DNA from: Azolla caroliniana
Taxonomy: Eukaryota > Plantae > Polypodiophyta
Assembly: GCA_043228905.1 (NCBI GenBank)
Contig: JBHGNT010000006.1
Coordinates: forward strand, 11,656,001-11,720,000
Reading direction: 5' to 3'
Length of the DNA: 64,000 nt
Both the position numbers and the translations under genes were made by a program. Of the stretch, positions 1 through 13,732 are shown one piece after another. The notes under the pieces are model-generated. The model saw only the letters and a program-made list of their open reading frames with translations, was not told the DNA's origin and ran no database searches. Numbering within the stretch: the first letter of the stretch is position 1; the number at the start of each line of letters is the position of its first letter.

Positions 1-1496
1 ATCTTATTTTGAACAACAACTACTCGATGAAATCTTAAATGATTTTCGTGATGTTTTTCCAAATGAACTACCACATGGGTTACCTCCTAAACGTAGTATA
101 GACCATCATATATATCTTTTACCTGGGGTTGCACCAATAAGCATACCTCCATATCAATTACGTTGATCCGAAGAAGATGAGGCATCGAAACAACTCAAGG
201 AATATTTACGAATGGGTTATATATGTTATAGTAAATCTCCATGGGGTGCATTTGTTCCCTTGGTAAAAAAGAAAGAGGCCACATGGCATATGTGTGTTAA
301 ATACATATGTTTGAATAAAGTGACGATCAAGAATTCATGTACCTTGCCCCGAGTAGATGATTTGATTGACTGTCTCCAGGGACCTCACTACTTTTCAAAA
401 CTTGATGTTTATATGGGCTACCATCAAATTTGGGTAAGTGAGGAGAATGTTCCTAAAACGGCATTTTGTACGCGCTATGGCCATTACGAGTTTTTGGTCT
501 TGCTTTTTGCTCCAGCAACATTTCAACAAGAAATGAATGACATATTTTGAGAACAACTTGGAAAATTGGTCATTTTTTTCTTGGATGATATTCTAGTTTA
601 TAGTCATACATTAGAAGAACATGGTAAACATGTTTGTTTTGTTTTACAAACATTTCACGGCAAGCAATTCTACGTGAAGATATCGAAATGCGAGTTCTTC
701 AAGAAATGAATTACATATCTCAGACATCTCATAACCGAATGAGGAGTCAAAATTGATCCTTTTCGCATTGAGAAAGTCAAACTTTGGCCCACCCTTAGGA
801 ATGGAAAAGGTTTAAAAGCCAAACGACTTAAAGCCGTTGAACTTTTACATCCCTTAGATATTCCAAACAATAAATGGGAAAATATATACATGGATTTTAT
901 TGTTAGCCTTCTCGCACCCAAAAAGGCCATGACACCATTTGGGTTGTAGTTGACAGATTAACTAAAATGGCAAGGTTTATTGCTTCTAAAACCATGGTAA
1001 CAACTCTTGGATTGGCTTACCAATTCATTGATGAGTTGTTTCGTTTTTATGGGTTAACGATGAATATTGCGAGTGGTCGAGATTCAAAGTTTACTTGTGA
1101 CTTCTAGATGCAAGTCTTTAAGAAGTTGGAAACTACATTTAGCATGAGCTCCACCGATCATCCTGAATCTGATGGACAGATAGAATAGCTAAATCAAATT
1201 AATGATAACATGCTTCAAGCATATGTTACTATGAAGCCAACAAATAGGAACGTTACCTCCCACTTTTGGAGTTTGCTTATAATAGCTCCAAGCACACATC
1301 GATGGGATATAGGACTTTTATGTTGATATATGGCTTTCAACCACGTACCCATATTGATGTTAATATACGTCATAATATGTTGTGAAGTACACAAAACTTT
1401 CTAAAGGATATGCAAGATATGTTGCATATTGCACAAGATAATATAAAAACAGCTCAAGAAAAAGCACGTTTTTATGCCGACCATATTAGGCAACCC
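1..1496 (+). pseudogene. Degenerate Ty3/gypsy pol fragment (RT and integrase), truncated at the window edge
   Basis: ORF 212-550 has RT motifs (SKSPWGAFVPLVKKK, LPRVDDLID, FSKLD, KTAFCTRYGHYEFLV). FLDDILVYS follows at ~578-604, and integrase-like WENIYMDFI / VVVDRLTKMARF at ~875-980. Many stops and frameshifts. Confidence 0.85.
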
Positions 1497-2561
1497 TAAT
1501 CTCTAACACAATCCCAAGAAGTAGTCCCAATGGGTAGCCACCCAACGGCTAGTCCCAACAACTAATCCCAACGTCCATCTTTGTCCTATATTATGAGGAA
1601 TACCCCTCATTTGTATTCATTCTCTAATTCACCAATTTTTCCCTAAGGAGCATAGAGTGCTCTCTCTCTCCCCCTAGCTGTTTTGGGATTTGTCTCGACT
1701 TGTCCTAACTCTAGATTTTGGTTGGTCCCAAATTGGGACTATTGTAGTCTTTACTTTGTTAATATAGTATATGGCCATGTTTTGTGCCCCGATGTGTTTC
1801 CCAATCACATGTTCTTGTGGTTTTAAGGACCCCCATAAAACAGGGGCATCACACTTGGTATCAGAGCATAAACACGAGGTGGTGGGGACGTGATGACAAG
1901 GAAGAAGAAGGCGATCAAAGGAAGAGAAAGAGATGAAAAGGGAGGTGAATGGTGTCGGGATGTGGGGAGCACATAGGAGGAAATAAGTTCAATTACAAAT
2001 ATTATGATGTATGCTACAATAAAGAAAAGCACCCAGTAAATCTATTGGAGAAAAGACAATTGAAACCTATAAAAGGATGAAGACAACTCATTGTTAGGGG
2101 GAGAGAAAGTCAAAGTCGTGAAAGCTCTACCTGAATGAGAGTGAGGAAGCTAGGGTTGTAAATCAAGAGGGCGTGCAAGACTAGCATCAACAAGAGCCGA
2201 TGTGGTCGTCGATCATTGGGACATTGCATCAAAACTTGAGGATTTCCCCTTGAAGCTCTGATTATTCTTTTCTTCCTCATCTTCTTCTTTTTCAACACAC
2301 CATACTTGATGCCCTAGGGTTTTATTTTCTTCTTCATGAAATTCAGGGATCTTAGTTTATGATTTATTTCTAAAACATTGCCACTGTTCTAATTGTTTAC
2401 CCCAAAAACTTGTAAACCCTATTTTATAAAGGGAATTCCTTTCTTAATCTAGCAATTTTTATCTTAATATTGTGAAATATGTTCCTAATCGTATGTTCTA
2501 TGAGCTAATCACATGTTTCTATCCTAAGCTCGCACATAATTCATTGTTCGGCTCGTTGTCA

Positions 2562-2990
2562 CCTTCGACTCTGAAAAGCCCTCAAGTCTAAAGAGCCTTC
2601 AACTCTAACCTGCCTTCAACTTTGCAAAGCATTCAACTCTGTCTTACCTTCAACTCTAACTTACCTTCGACTCTAGGTTACAATTCAACTTTGACTTATC
2701 TTCGACTCTAGGTTACCTTTGACCCTGAGCTACCTTCGACTCTGCAGAGCTTCAAATCTGACAAGCTTAAAAATTTGAGGAGTCGTCGAGTCTAATCTCC
2801 TTTCAACTTCTAGGAGTTTTTTACTTTGACGATCATTTGACTTTAACGAACCTTCAAGTTTAACGACCTTTCGACTCTTAGGAGCTTTCGACTTTGATGA
2901 CCCTTCAACTTTGATGAACCCTATCTAATGACCTTTCAACCCCGAGGAACTTTTGACTCTGATGAGCCTTTGAGTCACCTGTCCTCTTTG
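2562..2990. repeat. Degenerate ~17-18 bp minisatellite, core ccttcgactct(g/a)
   Basis: Roughly 20 diverged copies of (cc)ttc(g/a)act(c/t)t, separated by 5-7 variable bases. Confidence 0.8.
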
Positions 2991-4566
2991 GTTCAAGTCC
3001 TCGGTGGTCCTGTTCAAGTTGCACATGTACGCACATAATTTCGCGACAATGGGAATTGGTCATGATCAAGAAGCCATGAAAAAGAGTGAGCCAAGTGGAT
3101 ATTATGGGGGCACAACTAGTGGAAATCTTGATAGAACAAGTGAAGGAACAACACTCAAAGAGGCCAAAAGGAAAGCCGAAGAGGACGAATCGCACCAAGG
3201 AAGCTATGAGGAAGTCCTCCCAAAGGAGTATGCAAGGATGAGGAAGCCCTCAGTATGAATGAGGTGGATCAACAACCTAGAATGCTATTTGGAGCAATGT
3301 TGGGTGAGGCCACATGCATGGGTTTCTTAAGGACGACACAAGGATTGGTGCCACGCGAAAAGGCAAAGAAGCCCCTTCAAGGGTTGGGAAGATTTCAAGC
3401 TAGGATGAGCCTTCGAGGACAAAAGATGGAAGGAGTTTTTTTTCTCAAGAGTTTAAAAAAAATGATAGATACATATCTAAGTATAAAATACTAATATTGC
3501 ACGTAACTTATATGGATTGGTTTCACAAGTGCACGGGTTTCTCGACATGTTGCAACCTTTGGTGAGGAAGGGGGTAGAGAAATGGGAACCAACAACTTGG
3601 GAAGAAGCAATCTAAATCGTGGAACGAGTGGGTGATTGGGAGCCCCCTCAACACGAACACCTTAGGTGAGACAGGGGTTCTCCTCAAGAAACAAGAGTTC
3701 ACATGGAGTTCGAATAAGAAGAAGAAGAGGAGCCGACCATGCAAGTACAAGTCAAGATTGGCTCGACCATGGTGTACGAGCCAAGTTTGGTAATAAAGGA
3801 AACTACTCAAAGGGAAGTAGAGCTTGAGATTGAGATCGAGGTCAAGACCAAGATGGACTCGACCCAATGTTGGGAACTAGGTCCCTCCGGATGGAAAGAG
3901 AATCGGATGGAGTCAATGAAATCTGAAACCGAAACCAAAATCAGGAGACTATATATGTAATAATCTAAATGTGCCCCTTGTGGGTTATGTATGTAAATAG
4001 TATTAATACAACTAGGGCAAACTATAGAAAGCATAGTTGACTGTTGTTGTATAATTACACAGTGAGTACTTGCATCAATAACAAAGAGTGAGTGACAGTA
4101 GGTGAGTGAGAACAGAGTTGTAACTCTGTAATCGTTTGTTGACGAAGAAGAACTTAAGGTTGTTGCCTTCGAGTGTCTTATTGTATATTCCTCCTACCGT
4201 AGAGTGATATGTTCGGAGTTCAAGGACTCCATGTGGTTTTCCTCTTTTGGGTTTTCCACGTTAAATCTTGTGTCTTTGTACTTGTGTTTTCTTCCTTCTC
4301 GTTTTCCTATCTGTACACTATCTCACTCGTTTCTTTGCAACTGTATACATATACGAGCAATTTGTTGCAACCGGTTTTGATCCTAACAAACTAGTATCAG
4401 AGCGATGGACGAACATTTTGGTGGAATGTTCAAGTTAACTAGCTCCAACGATTCAATGTGGAAATCGAAGATGCGGGAAATGCTTGTATGCAAAGACCTG
4501 TGGTTGTCGGTGCAGTACAGAAAGACGAAGATTAACACTATGTTCGAAAACAAGAACGTTGTGAAT

Positions 4567-4626
4567 TGTAAAGAATCAAGAGATGGATTCTTGTGAAACG
4601 GAAGAGATGTGAGTTATGTGTGTGTC

Positions 4627-4678
<52 letters not shown>

Positions 4679-7600
4679 ACATAGAGAATACGGAAGGTAA
4701 AAGTATATTGACAAAGGAGAAAGACTCAACATTATACAAGGTGGGAGGAGGGTGCTTTATGTAGTCACCCTCTCTCTTCATTAACTACAAGACTCATGGA
4801 GCATGGGGAATGTGAAAGCTCATAAGTTATGTGTCATAGAATATGATTCTATGACTCATACTAAATGTGAGAATACAAAGTGGTGACATAATGGTGACTC
4901 TTGACCGTTGGAGTGTCTCTTCACTCTCAAGGTGAGTTCACACACTAGACCAAGTTGAGCTTGATTCTCAACACGCCCCCTCAAGCTCAAGTCGGGTCGG
5001 TTTCAGACGGTATCCGAAATCCGCTTCAACTCACGTTTCGGAGTCCACGTCGACTTGCTTTATGCGGAGTTGCGGAATCCGTGCTCCAGCTTGCGTTGTG
5101 CGAAGTTACGAAGTCTGTGCTTCGGCTTGTGTCTTTCTTCGTGGCTTTGCACGGTAGATCGTCTCTTCGATACTTCGTTGTGTGGTTGCGGAATCCACGC
5201 GTTATTGTGTAGTGCGCGGTTGCAGAATGTACGCGTTATTGCATAGTGTCTTCAATACTCCCCCTCAAGCTTGGCAGGTCAGGGATCGTCAATCCGAGAT
5301 CGGTCATGAATTGCCATAGCTTGTCGGCTCCTAAGGCTTTAGTGAAGATGTCGGTCGTTTGAAGATTGGTGCTAATGTGTTGTAGGTCGACATTGCCAAC
5401 CAGAACGCGCTCTCGGACGAAATGATAGTGCACTTCGATGTGCTTTGTCCGCACATGGAACAATGGGTTCTGAGCCAGATAGATACTGCTCATGTTGTCG
5501 CAGTAAAGGGAAGTCGGATCCTTGATGGGTACGCCCAGATCCTTCAAAATCCTCTTGAGTCATACGACTTCACATGCAACTACGGTTGCGCCCCTATATT
5601 CCGCCTCCATACTCGAAAGAGCAACGGTAGGCTGCTTCTTGCTACTTGCTACTCCAGGATATTGCTCCGTTGCCGAGGGAGAAAACAAATCCGGAGGTTG
5701 ATCTTCTATCAGCTTTGTAGCCGGCCCAATCGGCGTCTGTGTACCCCTCGAGTCGTATTAGCATCGCGGTCTTGTAGAGGATGCCGCAATCCATTGTGCC
5801 GCTCATGTAGCGTAGAACTCGCGTAGCGCAATCCAAGTGAGTATCATGCGGTGTTTGCATGAATTGGCTAAGGAGACCGACTGGATAACTGAGATTAGGT
5901 CGTGTGATCGTGAGGTAGATGAGACTCTCGATGAGTTGCCGATACTGAGTCGGCTCACACGCTTTGGTGCTGGAGTTCGCATCTAGTTTGAGATTGCGAT
6001 CGAGCGGGGTTGCCGCGGATTTGCACTCAGCCATCCTGAACTTGTATAACAAGTTGAGGATGTAGTGCCGTTGAGAGATCATGATTCCGGCCGGAGTCCA
6101 AATTACCTCGATGCCGAGGAAGTAGTGGAGCTCCTTCATGTCCGTCATCTCGAACTTGTTGGAAAGGAGGGATTTGACTTTATTGATTTCGACGAGATGC
6201 TCACCTCCAATGACTAGGTCATCCACATATAAAATGATGATGATCAGACTTGTGGAATCGCTTCGTATGTAGAGGGAGTTGTCTGATTTTGACATACGGA
6301 AGCCGATTTGATGAAGATATTGTGTTATCTTCGAATGCCAAGCACACGGTGCTTGCTTGAGGCCGTAGAGTGGCTTCTTGAGTCGGCAAACCGCTTTCGG
6401 ATGGGTGCTCGAGTTGAAGCTGGGTGGTTGGATCATGTACACCTCCTCTTCTAATTCGCCTTGTAGAAAGGCGTTCTTGACGTCCATTTGATGGAGGTGC
6501 CACCCTTACCGCGGCAATCGCAATTACGGTCCGCACCGTCATCATCTTTGCCACCGGGGCAAAGGTCTCTTCGTAGTCGACGCCATGCGTCTGAGCGTAT
6601 CCTTTCGCTACGAGTCGAGCTTTGTAGCGGTTTACGGAGCCATCGGCGTTATACTTCACCTTGTAGATCCATCTGCATCCTATCGCCTTTTTGTGTGGTG
6701 AGGTGGGAACAAGATCCCACGTCTCGTTCTTCCGTAATGCCTGCATCTCCTCGTTCATTGCTTCGATCCATCGCGGGTCCTTCGCGGCTTCTGAAAAGGT
6801 TTCCGGCTCCCGTACTGTTGCTACCTTCATCATAAAGGCGTAATGGTACGCCATATAATCGTTGTAGCCGAATCGGCTTACGATGTTCTTTTCACGAGTG
6901 GATCGGCAGAGCTTTTCATTTGCAGAGATGAGGGCTTTCTTAGCTCCGATTGGTACCTCGAAACCGCCGAACTCACCGTCGAGTGATTGAGTCGACTCAT
7001 CGTCGTTGAAGCGATCGTCTTCGTATTCCGACATTTTCGCCTTGCCGTTGTCCATCTTTGGGCTAGGCCGTGATGTGCTTTGATTACTCAAAGGCTCTTG
7101 TGGTCCGCTCAATCGGGTCGTGATCGGACTTTCTTCGAATATGTGCATAAGGAGATCTTCATCCTCGATCTCTTGTTCGGAGAATTCCGGGTCGAGCGGA
7201 GTCAGAGTTGGAGTTCTCTTTGGTGCGTACCAGAATGCGGACTCGTCAAAAACGACGTCTCGACTTACTCGAGATTTTCGAGTTGAGGGGTTGTAGGACT
7301 TGTACCCCTTTTGCTCCAATGAGTATCCAACGAGGATACATTTCTCCGACTTCGGGTCAAGCTTTTGACGCTTCTCATTGGGGATGTGCACGTACGCTAT
7401 CGCGCCGAATATCCGGATGCGCGATAAGTCCGCCTTCTTTCCGAAGTATTTTTCATGCGGACTGACCTCGTGCACGCCGGATGTTGTGCACCGGTTCATT
7501 AGGTAGACGACCGTATTTGCAGCTTTGGCCCAATATGACTTGGGCATAAGCTTCTCGTTCATCACGGCCCGCGCTACTTCGAGGATATGCCGATTTTTGC

Positions 7601-9806
7601 GCTCAGCTACTCCGTTTTGTTGGGAGTGTGTCAGCAAGTGAATTCTCGCCGAATTCCTTCCTTTCGGAGATACGCCGTGAAATCGTCCGAGAAGTACTCC
7701 TTGCCGCCATTCGATCGAAAGCATCGTACATGTCGGCTCGTGGCTTTCTTGACTTCATTCTTGAAATTTTGGAAGTGTCCGAACACTTCGCTCTTTTGCC
7801 GCATCGGGTAGATCCAAGTGTACCTAAAGAAGTCGTCAATGAAGAGCACATAATATCGGCATCCGCCGAATGTAGCCATTTGCGCCGGTCCCCATACGTC
7901 GGAATGGACTACGTCGAGTAGACCTTTGCTCACGTTTCGCTCTTTCGGGAATGGGTGTCGGTGTTGCTTGCCGAATTGGCATGCTTCGCATACACCTTCA
8001 ATCTCCTTCTCTTTGAATGTCGAGAGTCTGATGACGACTCCTTTCGATTTCATTGCTTTGAGTTTGTTGAGATTGATGTGGCCGATTCACTTGTGCCATA
8101 GCTCTATGTCGGAGTCGGCTTTCGTGTTTTTCGTGAACATGGCGGATTTCATCTCGCGTGAATCGAGAATGAACATCTGGCACTCTCTTCATCCGCGTGC
8201 GATGAGTCGGCCCTCTTTTTCGATGAAGCAACCGCCTTGATTAAATCGAACTTGCATCCCTTGCTCTACAATTTGGCCGACGGAGACCAAATTCTTCGTA
8301 ATGGTCGGTACATGCAAGACATTTTTAATGTAATTTTTCTTACCTTCTTTTCCGAACGGAACATTTCCAATGTGCCGAATCGGGTGCATAGTGTCGTCTT
8401 CGGTTTCAACATAGCCAGGTCAGTCCGGCTCTCGAAGTTCTCGGAACCATTCTTGATGCGATGTCATATGGTTCGAGGCACCGGAATTGACGAACCATAC
8501 GTCTTCCGGACCGGAGGCACTAGTTGAGGTAGCGGCCGACATAGAGTTTGCTCTATGTTTCATCATGAACATTCCGCCACGGTCAGAGTTGTGCACATAC
8601 ATTCCGCCACGATCTTCGTAGTCGGAGTTGTGCCCATACATTTCGCCACGGTCGGAGTTGTTGGCATACATTCCGCCACGATCTTCTTAGTCGGAGTTGT
8701 GTGCGTAATTCGTGAGTTGTTGGCTTGTGGAAGCCGATTCACGCATCTTCTTTCAACACTCTTCTTTGTGGTGGTCGAGCTTTCCGCAATATCCGCATTC
8801 GGTTGCGTTTTGACGGCTCGGGCCGGAGTGGAAGCTCCCCCTTCTTGCGAAGGTTCCTTGTTGTCCTCCGTTTTGCGGCCGAAATTGGGAGTTGTTGTCG
8901 TAGGTTGGACCTTGTCTGCCTTGTCCTTGGCCGAATCCACCTCTCGCTCGTCCGCGTCCTCTTCCTCCATTAGACTGCGTGTAAAGCATGTGGCCTTCCG
9001 ACTCATTGCTCCTTGTACGCACTTGGTTTTCTTCGACCAATAGCATTGATTGGAGCTCGAAGAAGGAGGGAGATTTCTCCCGTGCTAGAACGGCAGTTCG
9101 CATCGCGCCGAACCGTGGTGCGAGGCCGCCGAGGCATATTTGCACCATCTCATCATCATCTATACTTACGGTTATTGAGCCGAGCGATTCGTAAAGCTCC
9201 TTGATCTTCAAGGTGTATGTCGTGATGGACATGTCCCTTTGTTGAATGATGTTCAACTCTTGGCGGAGTTGAAGCTTCCTCGTGCTCGTGTTGGCGGCGA
9301 AAATCTTTCGTAGATTTTCCCACGCTTCCTTCGGCGTCTTGGTTTCTCGAATGTAACTGAGCATGTGGTCATGATCACATCTCGCCAAACAATACATCAC
9401 GCAGCTTGCGGCTTGCTCCCATGTCGCGTATCCGAGAGCCGCTTCGGCGGGTCGGTCTTCATGCGCTCCTTTGATGTAGCTCCAATAGTCTTGTCCGACA
9501 AGGTATTGGTGCATCTTGTACTCCCAAGATGCGAAGTTGTTTCGATCCAACTTCTCAGTAGGGAGAGCGCTCCCCATTTGAGTATTCATTATGTCAATTC
9601 TTCTTCTTCTTCTTCTCTTTTCGAATGCGAGCTATGTAGCGAAGCTACGATAGCTATGAGCCGGTTCTTGGTCGTCGGCGTAGAGCACAACACACGATCA
9701 CGATTAGGCGAATGGGCTAGATCGAGCTACCAAATTTCTCTGATACCATGTAAAGAATCAAGAGATGAATTCTTGTGAAACAGAAGAGATGTGAGTTATG
9801 TGTGTG

Positions 9807-9862
<56 letters not shown>

Positions 9863-10145
9863 CGCAAGGTAAAAGTATATTGACAAAGGAGAAAGACTCA
9901 ACATTATACAAGGTGGGAGGAGGGTGCTTTATGTAGTCACCCTCTCTCTTCATTAACTACAAGACTCATGGAGCATGGGGAATGTGAAAGCTCATAAGTT
10001 ATGTGTCATAGAATATGATTCTATGACTCATACTAAATGCTAGAATACAAAGTGGTGACATAATGGTGACTCTTGACCGTTGGAGTGTCTCTTCACTCTC
10101 AAGGTGAGTTCACACACTAGACCAAGTTGAGCTTGATTCTCAATA
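4567..10145 (-). mobile_element. Ty1/copia element B inserted in gag of A
   Basis: LTRs 9749-10145 (5') and 4567-4973 (3') are near-identical apart from (GA)n length. Met PBS (tctctgatacca on +, 9737-9748), PPT next to 4974, TSD tgaat/tgaac. Confidence 0.95.
5236..9589 (-). pseudogene. Copia B gag-pol, broken by several frameshifts/stops
   Basis: gag 8753-9589 with CGYCGKLDHHKEEC knuckle; PR WFVNSGASNHM; INT 7631-8053; RT 5642-6487 ([16 protein letters not shown]); RH 5236-5547 (RTKHIEVHYHF). Confidence 0.92.
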
Positions 10146-10150
10146 TGAAC

Positions 10151-13100
10151 AAAGTCTCAGTTTCAGAAAAATCGTGAGACTCCGGTACCAAGATGGCTCC
10201 AACATGACGGAACATATTAATGCATTCCAAGGACTGATGAATCAAACCATCTCTCTAGAAGTACCTCTTTCCGACAAGGTATTAGCACTATTGTGGTTGG
10301 GATCCCTTCCGAATAGCTGGGAAACACTCGTTGTCACATTGGGCAACGCCAGACTGGGTGAAGTCGAGCTTATTGAATGAAGAAGCTCGTCGAAAGGACC
10401 GAGAGTCCATTGCCGACCCAAAGGCCTTAGTCACGGAAAGTGACACAAATCGAGGAAGAGGCCGAAATCCATGTCCGCAGAATCAAGATAAGTCGGGGAC
10501 AAGTTCAAAGTCGAGGGGGAGGCACACGTGCTTCTATTTTTTGTGGGAAGTGGGGGCACTTTCAAAAGAATTTTCGACACTCTCTAAAGGAGAAATGGGG
10601 AGTTGATGGTGTAGAGACTAAGAAAATCCCGGACAAAAAGAACACCTCAACAATCACCGCGAGTGAAGAGGAGTTGTTGTTCATTAGTGAACAAAATGAA
10701 GTCAACCTCACCAACGAAGAATCGACATGGGTGGTCGATTCATGTGCTCCATCATTTCACCTAATCCCCGACCGAAAGTGCGTCTCATCATACAAGGCCA
10801 GAGACCACAGTCTTATAAAGATGGGAAATGAAGGAGCATGCCGAATCGTCGGCATTGGAGATGTGTGCTTGGAAACGTCTATCGAGTGCAGATTGGTATT
10901 GAAGGATGTTCGACACGTTCCGGAAGTCAGATTGAATCTGATATCAACTGATCGGCTGGATGATGAAGGCTACATGGGTAGCATCCGGAATAGCGTCATG
11001 AAGTTCTACAAAGGAAGCTTGATTGTGGCCAAAGCCCGAAAAACCAACACACTATATATAATGCATGCTCGATTATGCCGACATAACCAGTGACTTGTGG
11101 CATAAGAGGCTATGCCACATGAGCCAAAAGGGAATGCAGATGCTAGCCGAAAAAGAACTCTTACCGGAGGTAAAGAAAGTGCAACTGGTTATGTGTGCCG
11201 ATTGCCTGGCTAGCAAATAGAACAGAGCCACGTTCCGATCGAGGCCTATGATTCGGAGGAAAACCACTTTGGAACTCGTACACACCGATGTATGCTATGT
11301 AGACACCAAGTCTCATTCTGGTGGACAGTACTTTGTTACCTTCATTGATGATTACATTCGTAAGTTGTGGATTTACTTTCTGAAGACGAAGGATCAAGTA
11401 TTGGGTGTTTTGAAGGAGTTCCAAGCAAGAGCTGAGAGAGAAACCGGCCGAAAATTGAAGGCAGTCCGGCAGACAATCGTGGAGAGCATAGAGGGCAGTT
11501 CAAAGAGTACTGCCGAATGCAAGGTATTCGGTTTGAGTACACAGTTCTGAAGGCGCCGGAGTTAAACGGTATGGCCAAAAGAATGAATCGGACTATAATG
11601 GAGAGAGTCTGATGTAGGTTGGCACATGCGAAATTGCCGAAGATTTACTAGGTTGAGGCGCTGATGAGAGATGTTTATGTGATAAACAGGTCTCCCTCCA
11701 TTTCACTGGAAGTTGACATAGAAAAACGGGTATGGTTTGGCAAAGAGGTGTCATATCGGCATCTAAGAGTATTCGGTTGGCTGTGTGCACATAGCTAAGG
11801 ACCAAAGGGGGAAACTCGATCCCAAGAGCCGACCGTGCCTATTTCTTAGCTACGGCGAAGATGAATTCAGCTATCAGCTATGGGACCTAATCGACAAGAA
11901 GGTGATTAGGAGCCGAGATATTGTCTTCATGGAAGAAAATATAATAGTTGATTGGGATATCGAAAATAGATCTTCAAGTACCGATTCGAGTCGAGTTGAT
12001 GATCGACCAAATCGAATGTCGGTCGCAAAATCAGATACGAAGCAGTTAGTCAAATCGATAATCAGCAAAATCGAGAACCGATTGAGGAACAAGGGGAACT
12101 GGCCGAACAAGGAACTGAATTCGACTCGGCCAAAGAAGTCAAAGAAGAATCAACTATGTCGAATGGAGGCTGAAGATATCCCTTGAGAGAGAGAAGGCCC
12201 CCCCGGAGATTTCTGGATGAAGAACGGGTATTGTTAACCAATGAGAGGGAGCCAGAAAGCTTCGATGAAGCGAAGAAAGATACTCACAACCTACAGTGGT
12301 TGAGTGTCATGCAAGAGGAGATGGACTCCTTGCATGAGAACCACATATACGAACTAACCGAGTTGCCGAAAGGGAAAAGGGCACTCCGGAATAAGTGGGT
12401 ATACAAGGTGAAACCGGGAGATGGCGGGAATCCACCCAGATACAAAACCCGAATTTTCGTGAAAGGCTTTCAGCAGAAGAAGGGTGTCGATTTCGACGAA
12501 ATATTTGCCTCGGTAGTGAAAATGACATCCATCTGAGCAGTGTTGAGCATAACCGCCAAGATGGATCTTAAAACCGAACAAATGGATGTCAAGACAACAT
12601 ACTTGCATGGCATCTCGAAGAGGAGATATACATGCAACAACTGGAAGAATTTGAAGAAAAAGGTAAAGAAAACCTAGTATGCCAATTGAGAAAGAGCCTA
12701 TATGGGCTGAAGCAAGCACCTCAGCAATGGTACCGAAAGTTTGAATCTTTCATGGTGGATCATGGTTTCAGCAAGACACAAGCTGATCATTGCGTCTTTG
12801 TCAGGAAGTATGATGGAGGAGATTTTCTCATCCTCCTGTTGTCTGTTGATGACATGTTGATTGTCGGATAGGACCCAAAGAAAATCGGAAGCTTTAAGAA
12901 GGCCTTGAGTAGGTCGTTCTCGATGAAATATATGGGTCTGGCAAAACAAATCCTGGGAATGCACATTGTTCGGGATCTAACAAAGAAATTGTTATGGCTA
13001 TCATAAGAGAAGTACGTGAAAAAAGTGCTCCAAAGATTCGGCATGGAAAGCGTGAAACTGGTCAAATCGACACTATCGACAAATTGTAAGCTATCCGGAA

Positions 13101-13732
13101 GCCAGAGTCTGAAATCGAAAGCCGAGAAGGCCGAGATGTCAAAAGTCCCTTATGCCTAGGCACTTGGAAGCCTAATGTATACAATGGTTTGCACTAGGCT
13201 GAACATCGTGTTTGAAGTCAGAGTGGTTAGCCGATATATGAGCTATCGAGTTGTTTTCAAGTGGATACTTCGGTACTTGGGAGGCACCTCGAATGTGTGT
13301 CTCCAATTCAGCTTGGGTAACCCCACATTGGAAGGTTATATTGATTCGAACATGTTGGCTGATGTGGATACCAGTTGATCAATGTTTGGTTACGTGATGA
13401 CTTATGCAGGGGGAGCTGTCTCGTGGCAGTCGAGGTTGCAAAAGGCTGTGACATTGTGAACCACGGAAGTGGAGTACATGGCCACAGCAAAAGCCGACAA
13501 TGAAGTAATTTGGACGAGGAGTTCATCAAAGAGGTGGGAATTCGACAAGAGGAATTCTGACGCCATTGCGATACCAGAGTGTCATCCACCTTGTGAAGAA
13601 TGCCACCTACCACTCGAGGACCAAGCACATCCAAAGAAGATACCATTGGCTCTGAGAGCGAGTGGAAGAAAGGGACTTTGCGAATGGGTCGGACATGCTA
13701 ACGAAGGTGTTGTGAACCGAAAAGCTGGACGT
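10151..13732 (+). pseudogene. Copia A gag-pol remnants (gag, protease, GAG-pre-integrase, integrase, RT, RNase H)
   Basis: WVVDSCAPSFH (PR), LELVHTDVC..YFVTFIDDY (INT), KWVYKVK..KGFQQKKGVDFDEIF and [17 protein letters not shown] (RT). Many in-frame stops. Confidence 0.9.

Noticed and set aside
2562-2990. CRISPR-like array
   Set aside because: Core is ~11 bp and degenerate, linkers are only 5-7 bp, there are no cas genes, and the context is eukaryotic; it is a minisatellite.
4630-4674. (GA)n tracts (also ~9811-9858, 21580, 26836) and poly-C at 38805-38820
   Set aside because: Simple repeats intrinsic to the copia LTRs or slippage; no independent significance evident.
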